Position numbers and translations under genes: made by a program | Assembly (NCBI GenBank): GCA_002685855.1 | Contig: NYYS01000018.1 | Span: 12,859-76,858, forward strand | DNA from: Candidatus Woesearchaeota archaeon | GTDB taxonomy: Archaea; Nanobdellota; Nanobdellia; Woesearchaeales; GCA-2685855 | DNA: 64,000 nt | Direction of reading: 5' to 3' | Notes under the pieces: model-generated | Told to the model about the DNA's origin: nothing | Seen by the model: the letters and a program-made list of their open reading frames with translations, nothing else | Database searches by the model: none | Shown here: one piece after another, positions 27,796-37,329 of the stretch | How positions within the stretch are numbered: the stretch's first letter is position 1 | Layout of the letters: every line of letters begins with the position of its first letter

Positions 27796-28739
27796 TTATG
27801 CGGAAACTCTATCACACTTTTCAATTTTCTGATTCTTTCCCTCTCAAACGTATCCCAAATCTGCTCAGCACGCCTCGAAACATCCACATAAGAAAGACCA
27901 AACATCTCTCCATACTCCTTCTTCAACAAACCCAATGTCTCACGAATCGTAACCACCTCGGTCTGACTCGCATCCACATACCCTACCTTGGATCCATACC
28001 CTTCCAGTAACTCCCTCAAAGCATTCGACTGATAGTGCGGATTCAGCTTCATCTGAAACTCTAACCGTTCAAAACAACTATCATCCTTCTTCTTCCTCCC
28101 CTTAAGGCGCTCCATCAATCCAGAAGGATCCTGAATAACAGGAATAACCACAAGATTCGGCCCATTCTCCAAACAATAGTTATTTCCATGGATACTAACC
28201 ACATCCTCTCGTGTCAAACTTTCACGCCTTTCCTCAGCTTGCACTGGCTGATACACGAGACTGGAAACAACATTCCTACTCTGCACAATAATCTTCCCCT
28301 CATCAAGCAAAGGAAACAACACCTTCCGATGCAGTATCTCACGATCAAGCCCATACGCCGCTGCAGTCTCAGTTGCCGTATAATCAGAACCTGTCTTAAT
28401 AAACTCATCCCGAATCATCTTTCCAATCCCGCAATACGTCGGCTCAGACGTAAGCACAACATCATACAAAGACATATCAACATAGTAACGAGGATCTTTA
28501 TCACTTGTAAATATCGGATGCGTCCGCGAATTTTTCCAGAACTCATTCAAATCCAGCACCCGCAATCCCGTAATCTTGCACTGCTCAGCAACCGCATCCT
28601 GAATAACGCCCTTCCCACTCCCATCCAATCCATCAATAACAACAAACAATCCCTTTCTTCCATGAACCATTTTCTCATCCTCACCCGTTCCAAATAAGGA
28701 AACCACTTTCATTCTTCTCTCATCAACCCGTCTCATCAT
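27792..28739 (-). CDS. thymidylate kinase family protein (long form, ~100-aa C-terminal extension)
   Basis: P-loop 'VVIDGLDGSGKGV' in Tmk-like context. ATGA overlap with the ThyX-like stop supports a start at 28739; an alternative start is Met24 (28670). Confidence 0.55.
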   Translation of the reverse strand: MMRRVDERRMKVVSLFGTGEDEKMVHGRKGLFVVIDGLDGSGKGVIQDAVAEQCKITGLRVLDLNEFWKNSRTHPIFTSDKDPRYYVDMSLYDVVLTSEPTYCGIGKMIRDEFIKTGSDYTATETAAAYGLDREILHRKVLFPLLDEGKIIVQSRNVVSSLVYQPVQAEERRESLTREDVVSIHGNNYCLENGPNLVVIPVIQDPSGLMERLKGRKKKDDSCFERLEFQMKLNPHYQSNALRELLEGYGSKVGYVDASQTEVVTIRETLGLLKKEYGEMFGLSYVDVSRRAEQIWDTFERERIRKLKSVIEFPHK

Positions 28740-30610
28740 CCACCCTTCAACTTCCGCATCGAACGAATCTCTCCAACAGCCCTACCATAATCCAACTCAG
28801 TAGAACTATCAACAAACTTCATCGTCTTCCCAAGAACAGGAAGAACCTTTTCAGCACCCTTCGCAATCATCTGACACACCTGCTTATAGTTCAGATGCGC
28901 ACCCGGCTGCGTCCTCAACTCACAGATATGATGAAGCTCCCGTGCATTTACTGTAACAGGAAACCTTCCCAACGTACCCAACGGCAGCCCATACGAAGCA
29001 ACATGTGGATTAATCCTCTCAGCCGCCTCACCATACAGATCAGAAACATGCTGATAGATCTCATCCAACGGCTTGCTAAACCCTGCCATCCGAAACACCT
29101 CAGGAACAAAGAATCCCATATCCGGACTAAAATAACGGCTATCATACAACGTAAGAATCCGATGACGCCGCACATCACGAATCTCCCCAATCGTCAACAC
29201 CGCATTAATATCAAAACTAAACCGTTCAAACGCCCTCCCCGGCCTATGCCGCCGATTCGTCCGAACACCCTGATCTATTCCAGCATAGGCAAGAACAAGA
29301 CCTTCCATCTCCTCATGGTTCATCCCCCTCACCACCCTGTATGCACCCTGCTCACTCACCACAGGATCACGCTCTTTCACAATAGCCGCAACCAGATCCT
29401 CCAACTCATCGTTGCTCCAAATATCGATCGAAAAAGGAACACCTTCCTGAGAAACAGAGAGAACATCCTTCCCATACCCCAGACCACGATACCCCTCAAC
29501 AGTATATCCCTTCTCAGATGAAGACCAAAGCGGCTTATCCTTCCTCTCCTGATCATCCTCTCTCTCCACTTCAACACTCCTTGTCGTAGCCAGATACTTC
29601 AAAAAAGCCTGTGTTCTTCTACTCCTCGGATCAAGATCCTTCACCAACGGGCCCAACGAAGAAGATGAATCCCTCCGCAAAAGTTCAGCAATAACAACAC
29701 TCTCAGTAGTAGGAATACTATACCCATCCAACACAAGATCCCGAACATTCTGAGCATTCATCAACAAGGTCAACTGCGTCTTTGTTGCCAACGGCAGAAT
29801 ACTCCGCGCACGATCAAGCTGCATACTATTCAACGTCTTCTTATATGCCTGACTCAACTCCTCCTGACTTGCACCTTCACTCCCCGCTATATCCAACGCT
29901 TCAGCAACACCCGCAGAGAACTCATCAAACCTCAACACCTCCATCTCCATCGTCTTACGAACAATCTTCCCTTCATCTGTCCGAGTACTATTCAACCTTC
30001 GATACGAATCAAACAGCTGATCCATCACCTGGACAAACCGTTTTTCAAGTCCTGCCTTCTTAAACAACGGATCCACAAAATAGGGATACCTCCCCTCAAC
30101 CTTCTTATGAAACTTCCGATACCGTGTTGACTTCTCAATCCCTGCCAACAGACGATGATGCAACAGATGCATCGCCTGATACGCAGTCACATCCTCAAAA
30201 TTCACATTAATTGGAACAACCTGCGCAATAGAATCATCACCAAACTCACTAAACACCCGCTGATAAAAACCCGTGCCAAACGACTGAACAAGATCAGGAA
30301 CATTCAATTCATCAAACGCAGCCCTGCTCTCCTCATCTGCCAACACATCCTCCACAAGAGTAGTACGAACATCCTTTGGATTCCTACTCTGCTTCGACCC
30401 CAACGCACCCGAAAGAATCCCTAAAATTTTCGTAGAAAACACCGGCAGATCAAGATTCGAAAAAAACTTTTCCAACCTTGCCCCATCCTCTGTATCAAAC
30501 TCTCGCTGACGATACCCTAGTATATCACATAACTCCTCACGACTCATATCAACAAGTCCATTCGGTTTCTTCAACACATCAAGAACCATTTCCATCTTTA
30601 TTCCCCTCAC
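28736..30610 (-). CDS. thyX: FAD-dependent thymidylate synthase ThyX-family protein, unusually long (624 aa)
   Basis: C-terminal half carries the ThyX serine motif (RHRILTLYDS, 6 residues before the Ser) and 'NARELHHICELRTQPGAH'. N-terminal ~370 aa is unassigned, possibly a degenerate tandem ThyX duplication. Confidence 0.6.
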   Translation of the reverse strand: MRGIKMEMVLDVLKKPNGLVDMSREELCDILGYRQREFDTEDGARLEKFFSNLDLPVFSTKILGILSGALGSKQSRNPKDVRTTLVEDVLADEESRAAFDELNVPDLVQSFGTGFYQRVFSEFGDDSIAQVVPINVNFEDVTAYQAMHLLHHRLLAGIEKSTRYRKFHKKVEGRYPYFVDPLFKKAGLEKRFVQVMDQLFDSYRRLNSTRTDEGKIVRKTMEMEVLRFDEFSAGVAEALDIAGSEGASQEELSQAYKKTLNSMQLDRARSILPLATKTQLTLLMNAQNVRDLVLDGYSIPTTESVVIAELLRRDSSSSLGPLVKDLDPRSRRTQAFLKYLATTRSVEVEREDDQERKDKPLWSSSEKGYTVEGYRGLGYGKDVLSVSQEGVPFSIDIWSNDELEDLVAAIVKERDPVVSEQGAYRVVRGMNHEEMEGLVLAYAGIDQGVRTNRRHRPGRAFERFSFDINAVLTIGEIRDVRRHRILTLYDSRYFSPDMGFFVPEVFRMAGFSKPLDEIYQHVSDLYGEAAERINPHVASYGLPLGTLGRFPVTVNARELHHICELRTQPGAHLNYKQVCQMIAKGAEKVLPVLGKTMKFVDSSTELDYGRAVGEIRSMRKLKGG

Positions 30611-30834
30611 TATGCCTTTTATTAAAAACCCAACCCGCCCCTATAAAAAAATTCCTGTATACCAACATAGAGAACCCCACCATCACAAAAAAAAACAACC
30701 ATCCCAACCTATACGCTCAAGACCCTAAAAAAAATCATCACTGTCCTTAGACGAAAAAAATAGAGGAGAAATCATATAAAAAGCAACAGCAAAAACAAAG
30801 AAATGTTTTTATACCAAACCCAACTCATCATCAA

Positions 30835-31869
30835 ATGATTGTGGGTGTAACCGGGTTCATGACCGCAGGCAAAGACACCTTTGCCAACTACCTTGTAGAA
30901 AAAAAAAGATTCATTCACATCTCACTCAGCGACATTCTCAGACAAGATCTAAAAAAAACAAAGAAAAAAATAACACGCCAAGCACTCATGGAACTCGGCA
31001 ACCTTCTCAGACAAAACCTCGGCGGAGGCATCCTTGCACAACGCTCCCTCCAAAAAATACAACCCGATGAAAACATCGTCATCAGCTCCATCGGCACCGT
31101 AGCAGAAGTAAAAGAACTCCAAAAAAGAAAAGACTTCATCCTCGTCTTCATCGACGCACCCCAGACCACAAGATTCCAACGCATCACCGTAAGAAAAAGA
31201 GAAGAAGACCCCTCAACACTCGAAGAATTCAAACAAAAAGAAAAAACAGAAAGCAAAGGAGGCGGCAAAGCCTACAGAGAATTCGACAACGTCAGAAAAC
31301 TCGCAAAAGTCATCATCAAAAACAACACAACACCAGAAGCATTCCACAAAAAGATCGACACCTTCATCACAGACTGGCAGCCAAAACTCCGACACAAACG
31401 ACCGAGTTGGGACCAATACTTTCTCGACATCGTAACATCTGTAGCACAACGCGCAACATGCGACCGAGGGAAAACAGCATCAGTAATCGTAAAAGACAAA
31501 CGTATACTCACAACAGGCTACGTCGGCAGCCCCCAAGGACTCCCCCACTGCGACGAAGTCGGCCACCTCTACAAAAAAGTAAAACACGAAGACGGACACA
31601 TCTCACAACATTGTGTACGCACACTCCACGGAGAACAAAACGCAATACTCCAGGCAGCAAAATACGGCATCCCCATCCAGGGCTCAACCATCTACTGCAA
31701 ACTCGCACCCTGCCCGGTCTGCGCAATGATGATCATCAACGCAGGAATCAAACGCGTAGTCTCAAAAATAGGCTACCACGGAGCCATCGACACACCAAAA
31801 ATATTCAAAAAAGCAGGCGTCAAATTCCAAATCCTCAACAAAAAGATCGAAGAGTATGCTAATCAATAA
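30835..31869 (+). CDS. fusion protein: N-terminal P-loop (d)NMP-kinase-like domain + C-terminal dCMP/cytidine deaminase domain
   Basis: P-loop 'GVTGFMTAGKDT'. Deaminase zinc motifs 'HGEQNAILQAAKYG' and 'LAPCPVCAMMII'. TATA-like 'tttttatacc' ~25 nt upstream. Divergent from the thyX operon. Confidence 0.65.
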   Translation: MIVGVTGFMTAGKDTFANYLVEKKRFIHISLSDILRQDLKKTKKKITRQALMELGNLLRQNLGGGILAQRSLQKIQPDENIVISSIGTVAEVKELQKRKDFILVFIDAPQTTRFQRITVRKREEDPSTLEEFKQKEKTESKGGGKAYREFDNVRKLAKVIIKNNTTPEAFHKKIDTFITDWQPKLRHKRPSWDQYFLDIVTSVAQRATCDRGKTASVIVKDKRILTTGYVGSPQGLPHCDEVGHLYKKVKHEDGHISQHCVRTLHGEQNAILQAAKYGIPIQGSTIYCKLAPCPVCAMMIINAGIKRVVSKIGYHGAIDTPKIFKKAGVKFQILNKKIEEYANQ

Positions 31870-32021
31870 TCCCTACAAGAACCCCTTCTAGAACAAGAGA
31901 ACCTTTCTCAAAAAAACCCTTTTCCCAAAAAAAAGATGGCGATCCATCCTTTAACTTCTATATGGAAATTAATCAACAAAGCAAAAAGTTTAAATAATTG
32001 TTAGAATTACTGTTATAACTG

Positions 32022-32309
32022 GTGTTCGTAGTGTGGATAGAAACCCTCATAGATAGCATTGACAGAACCAAGGTCGAAATTACCTTTTCACCACACCTCT
32101 TTGATAGAAAAGAATGCTGGAATCTTGATTTAGATAAGATTGAGGAAACAGCAAGAACAGGAAAAATAGTCTTTGAAAAATGCGAAGAACCAAACAAAAT
32201 ATGCTTTAAGAGATACTATGGAAAAGAACATACAACCTATGTGCTAATAACAAGATACTATAAAGATTTTATTGAGGTGAAAACAGTATGGCCAAAGAAA
32301 GGAAGATGA
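32022..32309 (+). CDS. putative type II toxin (DUF4258-like small protein)
   Basis: 95 aa. Overlaps by 22 nt a downstream zinc-ribbon/AbrB-type gene in TA-like arrangement. Balanced composition. Confidence 0.4.
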   Translation: MFVVWIETLIDSIDRTKVEITFSPHLFDRKECWNLDLDKIEETARTGKIVFEKCEEPNKICFKRYYGKEHTTYVLITRYYKDFIEVKTVWPKKGR

Positions 32310-32605
32310 CCTGTGAATGTGGACATGTTCTCGTAAAAAAGAATGCAACATTTGATGAATTTGAAACAGAGGCAATGGTTTGCCCTGGCTGTCAATTCAC
32401 AACACTTACCAAAGAACAAGCCAAGAACTATGTTCGACTCAAACAGCTCCATCAAATTATTGATTCAAAGAGAAAGATCATAAAAATTGGAAACTCCATG
32501 GGACTTACCCTCCCTGACAGACTGAAGGATTTAGGCGTGAAGGTTGGAAGAAAAATAAAGACAGAAGCATTAACCCCAAACTCATTCAAAGTTGAACTTG
32601 AATAG
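32288..32605 (+). CDS. putative antitoxin: YgiT-type zinc ribbon + AbrB/MazE/SpoVT swapped-hairpin DNA-binding domain
   Basis: 'CECGHV...CPGCQF' zinc ribbon followed by 'KIIKIGNSMGLTLPDRLKDLGVKVGRKI' AbrB-like motif. Confidence 0.5.
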   Translation: MAKERKMTCECGHVLVKKNATFDEFETEAMVCPGCQFTTLTKEQAKNYVRLKQLHQIIDSKRKIIKIGNSMGLTLPDRLKDLGVKVGRKIKTEALTPNSFKVELE

Positions 32606-32670
32606 AACACAGCTCTTCACACGAACACCTACTCTCAACCTCCCATCCAGAACAAAAGAGGAAAGATCCA

Positions 32671-32985
32671 TCAGCTATAATCGCGCCAGGTATGCTTACA
32701 CTTTGTGCATTTAAGAAACTTCGTCTCCGGCTCATCCCCTCCACGCGTCTGCACAAGCCAAAAAAAGGCTTCCTTGTGCTTACACTTCTGACATTCTGCC
32801 TTTGTCTTCGGAAGCTGCTTCTCCTCCTCATCCACCACCTCAACCTCCTTCTTCTTCTGCACCCGCTCCTTAATCTCGATGTGGCCCGCATCCTTCTTCT
32901 TATAGCCACAACTACATACCAACGCCTTCTTCCCCTCTTCCTTCTTCACCTTCATCAGGCTTCCACACTTTTGGCAAAAGAGCAT
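32671..32985 (-). CDS. tfs: transcription factor S (TFS / RNA polymerase subunit M, TFIIS-type)
   Basis: N-terminal ribbon 'FCQKCGSLM...CSCG'. C-terminal 'CQKCKHKEAFFWLVQTRGGDEPETKFLKCTKCKHTWRD' (TFIIS zinc ribbon with acidic DE hairpin). Confidence 0.8.
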   Translation of the reverse strand: MLFCQKCGSLMKVKKEEGKKALVCSCGYKKKDAGHIEIKERVQKKKEVEVVDEEEKQLPKTKAECQKCKHKEAFFWLVQTRGGDEPETKFLKCTKCKHTWRDYS

Positions 32986-33071
32986 GCACTCAGACGGATA
33001 CCTATCATATATAACACTTACGTTTATAAGCCAAAAGAAGTTTTTAAATAATAAATAATCTATTCCAAACC

Positions 33072-33803
33072 ATGCAGCCCAGAGTCATCGACTCAATAGC
33101 CAGAACAACAGAAGAGTTCCTCTACCAAGTCTCATCCTACATCCAAAACGGCCAACAACCACAAATTCAACCCGCAGACGTTCTTCTCCTCCACGGATGG
33201 GCCCAACGCAATCCCACCTTCCACAAACTCCTCCCCTACCTCAAAGATAGAAATATCTCCTTCTGCGCCCCAAACTACCCCTGGAAACACGACGTAGACA
33301 CAATAATAGAAGGAACAGATACCTTTCCCGGCATCGATGCAATCGTCGACCAGATGCAGCCACCCGTATCAATCCTCGGCTACAGCTACGGCGGACTCAT
33401 TGCAAAAGACTACGCCCTCCAACACCCAGAAAAAGTAGAAAAACTCGTCCTCGTCGCCTCCCCCCTCGACGGCACCTTCGCAGCTGAAATCCCCTACAAG
33501 ATCGGTAAAGCCCTTGGAATAGCAGATCACAATCTCGGTGGCCTCAGAGACATGTACTTTGATGCCGTCAACGCAAAATACCTCATCAACACTCAAATAC
33601 CGCCCCACCCCATCCTCACCGTCCTCGGCCGAAGAGACGAACTCCTCTGGCCCCACAGCACTGCACGAATCAACAGAGCAGAAGAAAACAGAAGAATCCA
33701 CGAAATATTCCTCCCACGAGGAACCCATATCGACACCATCTACCATCCAACAGCACTAGAAATCATTGCAGACTTTCTCAAAGGAGATTACCCCAGCACA
33801 TAA
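33072..33803 (+). CDS. alpha/beta-hydrolase (esterase/lipase-like)
   Basis: Nucleophile elbow 'GYSYGG' and alpha/beta-fold layout. Confidence 0.55.
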   Translation: MQPRVIDSIARTTEEFLYQVSSYIQNGQQPQIQPADVLLLHGWAQRNPTFHKLLPYLKDRNISFCAPNYPWKHDVDTIIEGTDTFPGIDAIVDQMQPPVSILGYSYGGLIAKDYALQHPEKVEKLVLVASPLDGTFAAEIPYKIGKALGIADHNLGGLRDMYFDAVNAKYLINTQIPPHPILTVLGRRDELLWPHSTARINRAEENRRIHEIFLPRGTHIDTIYHPTALEIIADFLKGDYPST

Positions 33804-34393
33804 CCCAAACCAACAACATTCAACAGATCAACCGCCCAAATCTTCACATACCCAAGAAACGGAATCCGAAACACCGCCTTCCCCAACAACGAATCATACA
33901 CAACACGTGTTTCATCCAACTGAATATCCTTAATCTGCAACGGATTATTATCTCCTTTCGTCTGAAAATGATCCTCCTCAACAACAATCACCCGATGAAT
34001 AATAGGATACGGCTTCCCACTCTGGAACACAATAACATCACCCAGCCGAATCTCTTCCGGCTCCTTCCCAACCAAGATCATAATATCCCCCTTATTAAAA
34101 CCATTCCGAAACGGAAAATGCCGAAACTCCTTCTCGGTAATCGACAACAACTGATAATAATCCCCCTCCTCACTCCACCACTGATCAAACCCACGATTAT
34201 GCTCCATCGACTCACTCACAACAGCCACCACAGGCAAACCCGTCCCAAACAACAACCCCACAAACGGATACACAACAAACTTAATCAGAACAAACGCCAA
34301 AACAATATTCACAATCCAACTCGCCAGCGAATCATCATTCCACAAAAAATTCCAAAACTTCCTAAAAAAATTCTCCTTCTTCTCCATCATCAT
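33788..34393 (-). CDS. signal peptidase I (S26B, archaeal/ER type)
   Basis: 'VVSESMEH' (Ser box), 'GDIMILVG', 'IIHRVIVV', 'TKGDNN' boxes. N-terminal TM. Confidence 0.65.
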   Translation of the reverse strand: MMMEKKENFFRKFWNFLWNDDSLASWIVNIVLAFVLIKFVVYPFVGLLFGTGLPVVAVVSESMEHNRGFDQWWSEEGDYYQLLSITEKEFRHFPFRNGFNKGDIMILVGKEPEEIRLGDVIVFQSGKPYPIIHRVIVVEEDHFQTKGDNNPLQIKDIQLDETRVVYDSLLGKAVFRIPFLGYVKIWAVDLLNVVGLGYVLG

Positions 34394-34515
34394 AAGGGTC
34401 CAACACTATTTAAAAGAGTTTCGTTGAACTCCTAAAGAGAAAAGAAACTAACCCCTACCAAAAAAACCAGAACCAAAAAAGAACATTTATAAAACTCACC
34501 CACACAAAACCCCCT

Positions 34516-35163
34516 ATGACCCATTTAAAAAAGAATAAACACTACTACACAAAAATCCCCGCAACCCTCAAAGCAGTCAATGAGGAACTCAGAAAAGGAC
34601 TCACCCTCCTCAACAAAATAGGAAAACCTATCATAACCTTTTTCGGATCTCATCGAACACTCCAATCAGACCCAAACTACAAACACGCAAAAAAACTCGC
34701 ACACACACTCGGAACAAAAAACTACGCCATCCTCACCGGAGGCGGACCCGGAATCATGAAAGCAGCCAACACCGGAGCCCGACAAGCTAAATCAACCTCC
34801 CTCGGCTTCAGAGCACAACTCCTCAAAGAACAACACATGCCCAACACCCTCTTCACCCACACCATCTCCCTACGCCACCTTTTCACAAGAAGATTTCTCC
34901 TCGCCATAAAATCAGAAGCACTCATCTTCTACCCCGGAGCCTACGGAACCCTCAACGAACTCTTTGAATACCTCACCCTCATCCAAACAGGCATGGTAGA
35001 CAAGGTTCCCCTCATCTGTGTCAACAAAAAATACTGGACCGGCCTCTTCAACTGGATGAAAAAACATCCCCTCAAAGAAGACTACCTCCACCAAGCAAAA
35101 GACCTCGAACTCATCACCTTCGCAGACAACCACGAAGAGATCATCAAACTCATAGAAAAATAA
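34516..35163 (+). CDS. LOG-family (TIGR00730) Rossmann-fold nucleotide-binding protein
   Basis: 'ILTGGGPGIMKAANTGA' and 'PGAYGTLNELFE' match LOG/lysine-decarboxylase-like family motifs. Confidence 0.65.
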   Translation: MTHLKKNKHYYTKIPATLKAVNEELRKGLTLLNKIGKPIITFFGSHRTLQSDPNYKHAKKLAHTLGTKNYAILTGGGPGIMKAANTGARQAKSTSLGFRAQLLKEQHMPNTLFTHTISLRHLFTRRFLLAIKSEALIFYPGAYGTLNELFEYLTLIQTGMVDKVPLICVNKKYWTGLFNWMKKHPLKEDYLHQAKDLELITFADNHEEIIKLIEK

Positions 35164-35268
35164 AACCACTATTTCTCATTAAAAACAGCAAAGTAGGAAT
35201 CCCTCCCACCTTCTCAACATTTAAATACCTGTATATCCTAAACTAGTGCATGACAGCCTATCCCTCTC

Positions 35269-35886
35269 ATGCATTCCCTCCTTATTGACACACAACAGAA
35301 CCCAAGACACCTCGAAACATTAGCAAAAGGAATGCAGGCCAACGGGCAACACCAATCTTCTGTAAATGCTCCTTCAGAGGAAGCCCTTGTCCTGCACCTT
35401 CTTCAAACCTACTTTCTCTCAAAACAAAACCACACCCACAACCTCACAAATGAAACACGAAAACTCCTTTCAGAAACACTACCTGGATTCCACGACCGCT
35501 TTCCAATCTATGAAACCCTTTTCACCATCAGCTACACACACAACCCACCAAGCCCATCCACAAACGGTCACCAAAAAAAAAGACAACCCTATATCACCCG
35601 TATAAAAGAACGCTATGCACTCCTCCCAACCACTGCAAAAAAAATTGTCAGTGAACTCTCCTCCACCCTACAAGCAGACCTCGGAGAAGAACTCGAACAT
35701 CTCCCCTCCTCTGAAGAATCCCCAACACAGAGAACACTCCAACTTACAAAAATCCTCTACACCCCTCGCGTCTACTCCAACGGAACAATAACCTCAGCAA
35801 GCCCCGCCGACCACATCTACAACAAAGTTGTTCAACCCCGAATCAACACACATAAAGAAACCCATCCACCCATTCGAATTTTCTAA
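35269..35886 (+). CDS. hypothetical protein (205 aa)
   Basis: ORF with native composition. No motif assigned. Confidence 0.4.
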   Translation: MHSLLIDTQQNPRHLETLAKGMQANGQHQSSVNAPSEEALVLHLLQTYFLSKQNHTHNLTNETRKLLSETLPGFHDRFPIYETLFTISYTHNPPSPSTNGHQKKRQPYITRIKERYALLPTTAKKIVSELSSTLQADLGEELEHLPSSEESPTQRTLQLTKILYTPRVYSNGTITSASPADHIYNKVVQPRINTHKETHPPIRIF

Positions 35887-35932
35887 ACACAACTCCCGCA
35901 ACATTTTAATGCACGAATTAATTCCCATCTCT

Positions 35933-36436
35933 ATGCCTCATAACATACTCATAACAGGACTTCCCAAATGCGGAAAAAGCACGCTCCTCGAACTACTTAT
36001 GCAGGAGATAGACCCGCCAAAAAAAGGATTTCTAACAAGAGAAATGAGAGAACAGGGACAACGAACCGGATTCAAGGTCATCCCTTCTGAAGGCCCCAGC
36101 AGAACACTCGCAACCATCCACGCCCCTACACCCATCAAAGTATCCCGTTACTATATTAACATCCCTGAATTCGAAAAAGCCCTTCCTCCATTCAACCACT
36201 ATACAAACGAACTCCTCTACATCGACGAAATAGGATAGATGCAGCTCCACTCAGAAGAATTCCAACACCTCGTAAAAGACTGGCTGGACGCACCAAACAC
36301 CTTCCTTGGAACCATCTCAGCAGTATTTACCCACCCATTAATCACCCATATACGAACAAGAGCAGATACACAGATCTACTCCCTCACACCACAAAACAGA
36401 GAAACAACATACAGAACACTAAGATCCATACTCTGA
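35933..36436 (+). pseudogene. THEP1-like nucleoside-triphosphatase gene interrupted by in-frame TAG (36236-36238)
   Basis: P-loop 'ILITGLPKCGKSTL', '...GFKVIP', 'LYIDEIG' then TAG then 'MQLHSEEFQHLV...THPL'. The TAG sits where THEP1 homologues carry Lys (IDEIGKME), i.e. AAG to TAG. The two track ORFs 35828-36238 and 36239-36436 are contiguous and in frame. Confidence 0.5.
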
Positions 36437-36450
36437 TAATTCTTATCCAT

Positions 36451-36469
36451 ACTTTCTCGTAGAGAAAGT
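36451..36469. repeat. palindrome ACTTTCTCGtaGAGAAAGT (copy of a motif also inside the tRNA-Ile large intron)
   Basis: Near-identical 19-mer 'actttctcgcgagaaagtg' occurs at 44371-44389. Both are perfect 7-8 bp inverted repeats. Confidence 0.4.
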
Positions 36470-36548
36470 TAGGAATGACTTAATGACTATATAGTAAACA
36501 ATTCAAACCCCAACATTCTTTATAAACAAACACCTATTTCAGAAGACC

Positions 36549-37271
36549 ATGTTCTGCGTCAAATGCGGAAAGGACATCGAACAAGGAGTCTTCTGCAGCC
36601 ACTGCAATCCCATCCAGCTCGACATAAAAGAACTAATCCTAAGCAAATGCGAATGCCAACGCTACCTCATCAACGGAAGCTGGAAAACACTCCCCCAAGA
36701 AGAAGCCCTCAAAGCACTCCTCAAAAAAAACAAACAACGCCTCCACTATGAAGAAACCCTCGAACACCAACGAAAACTCGCAGCAAAAATATCCTACCAG
36801 GGAGAACCATTCATCATCCCCATCCAAAAAAAAGGAATCACCTGTCCCAACTGCTCTAAAAAAGGCCAATACTACGAAGCAATCATCCAACTCAGAGACT
36901 CCAACGAAGAAGTCATCGACTTCATACAAGAAAAAGTAAACAAAAAACCCGGAGTACACATCAATAAAATTGAACAAGTAACAAACGGATACGACCTCTA
37001 CCTCACCTCATCCCAATTCGCAAACACACTAGGAAAACTCCTCCAAGAACATTTCGGAGGAACCGTCAAACGATCAAGACGCCTCTACACCAAAAACCAC
37101 CTCACATCCAAAACAATCTACAGAACAACCCTCCTCTTCCGCCCCCACCCCTACAAAATAGGAGACCACATCGAAATCAAAGGAAAAACCGTAGAAGTCA
37201 CCCAACTCGGAAAAAAACCCCAGGGAAAAGAACTCAAAACAGGAAAAAAAGTCTTTATCCCTACAACATAA
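36549..37271 (+). CDS. Nmd3-family protein (archaeal homologue of the 60S export adaptor NMD3)
   Basis: N-terminal 'MFCVKCGK...CSHC' and 'CECQRY' zinc motifs. 'CPNCSKKGQYYEAIIQLR' matches the Nmd3 signature (CxxC...YyEAilQlR). Confidence 0.55.
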   Translation: MFCVKCGKDIEQGVFCSHCNPIQLDIKELILSKCECQRYLINGSWKTLPQEEALKALLKKNKQRLHYEETLEHQRKLAAKISYQGEPFIIPIQKKGITCPNCSKKGQYYEAIIQLRDSNEEVIDFIQEKVNKKPGVHINKIEQVTNGYDLYLTSSQFANTLGKLLQEHFGGTVKRSRRLYTKNHLTSKTIYRTTLLFRPHPYKIGDHIEIKGKTVEVTQLGKKPQGKELKTGKKVFIPTT

Positions 37272-37329
37272 CACGTAAATCTATCTTTCTAAGTAGATCA
37301 TAAAGAAATCTAACGAAATAATCAGACGT

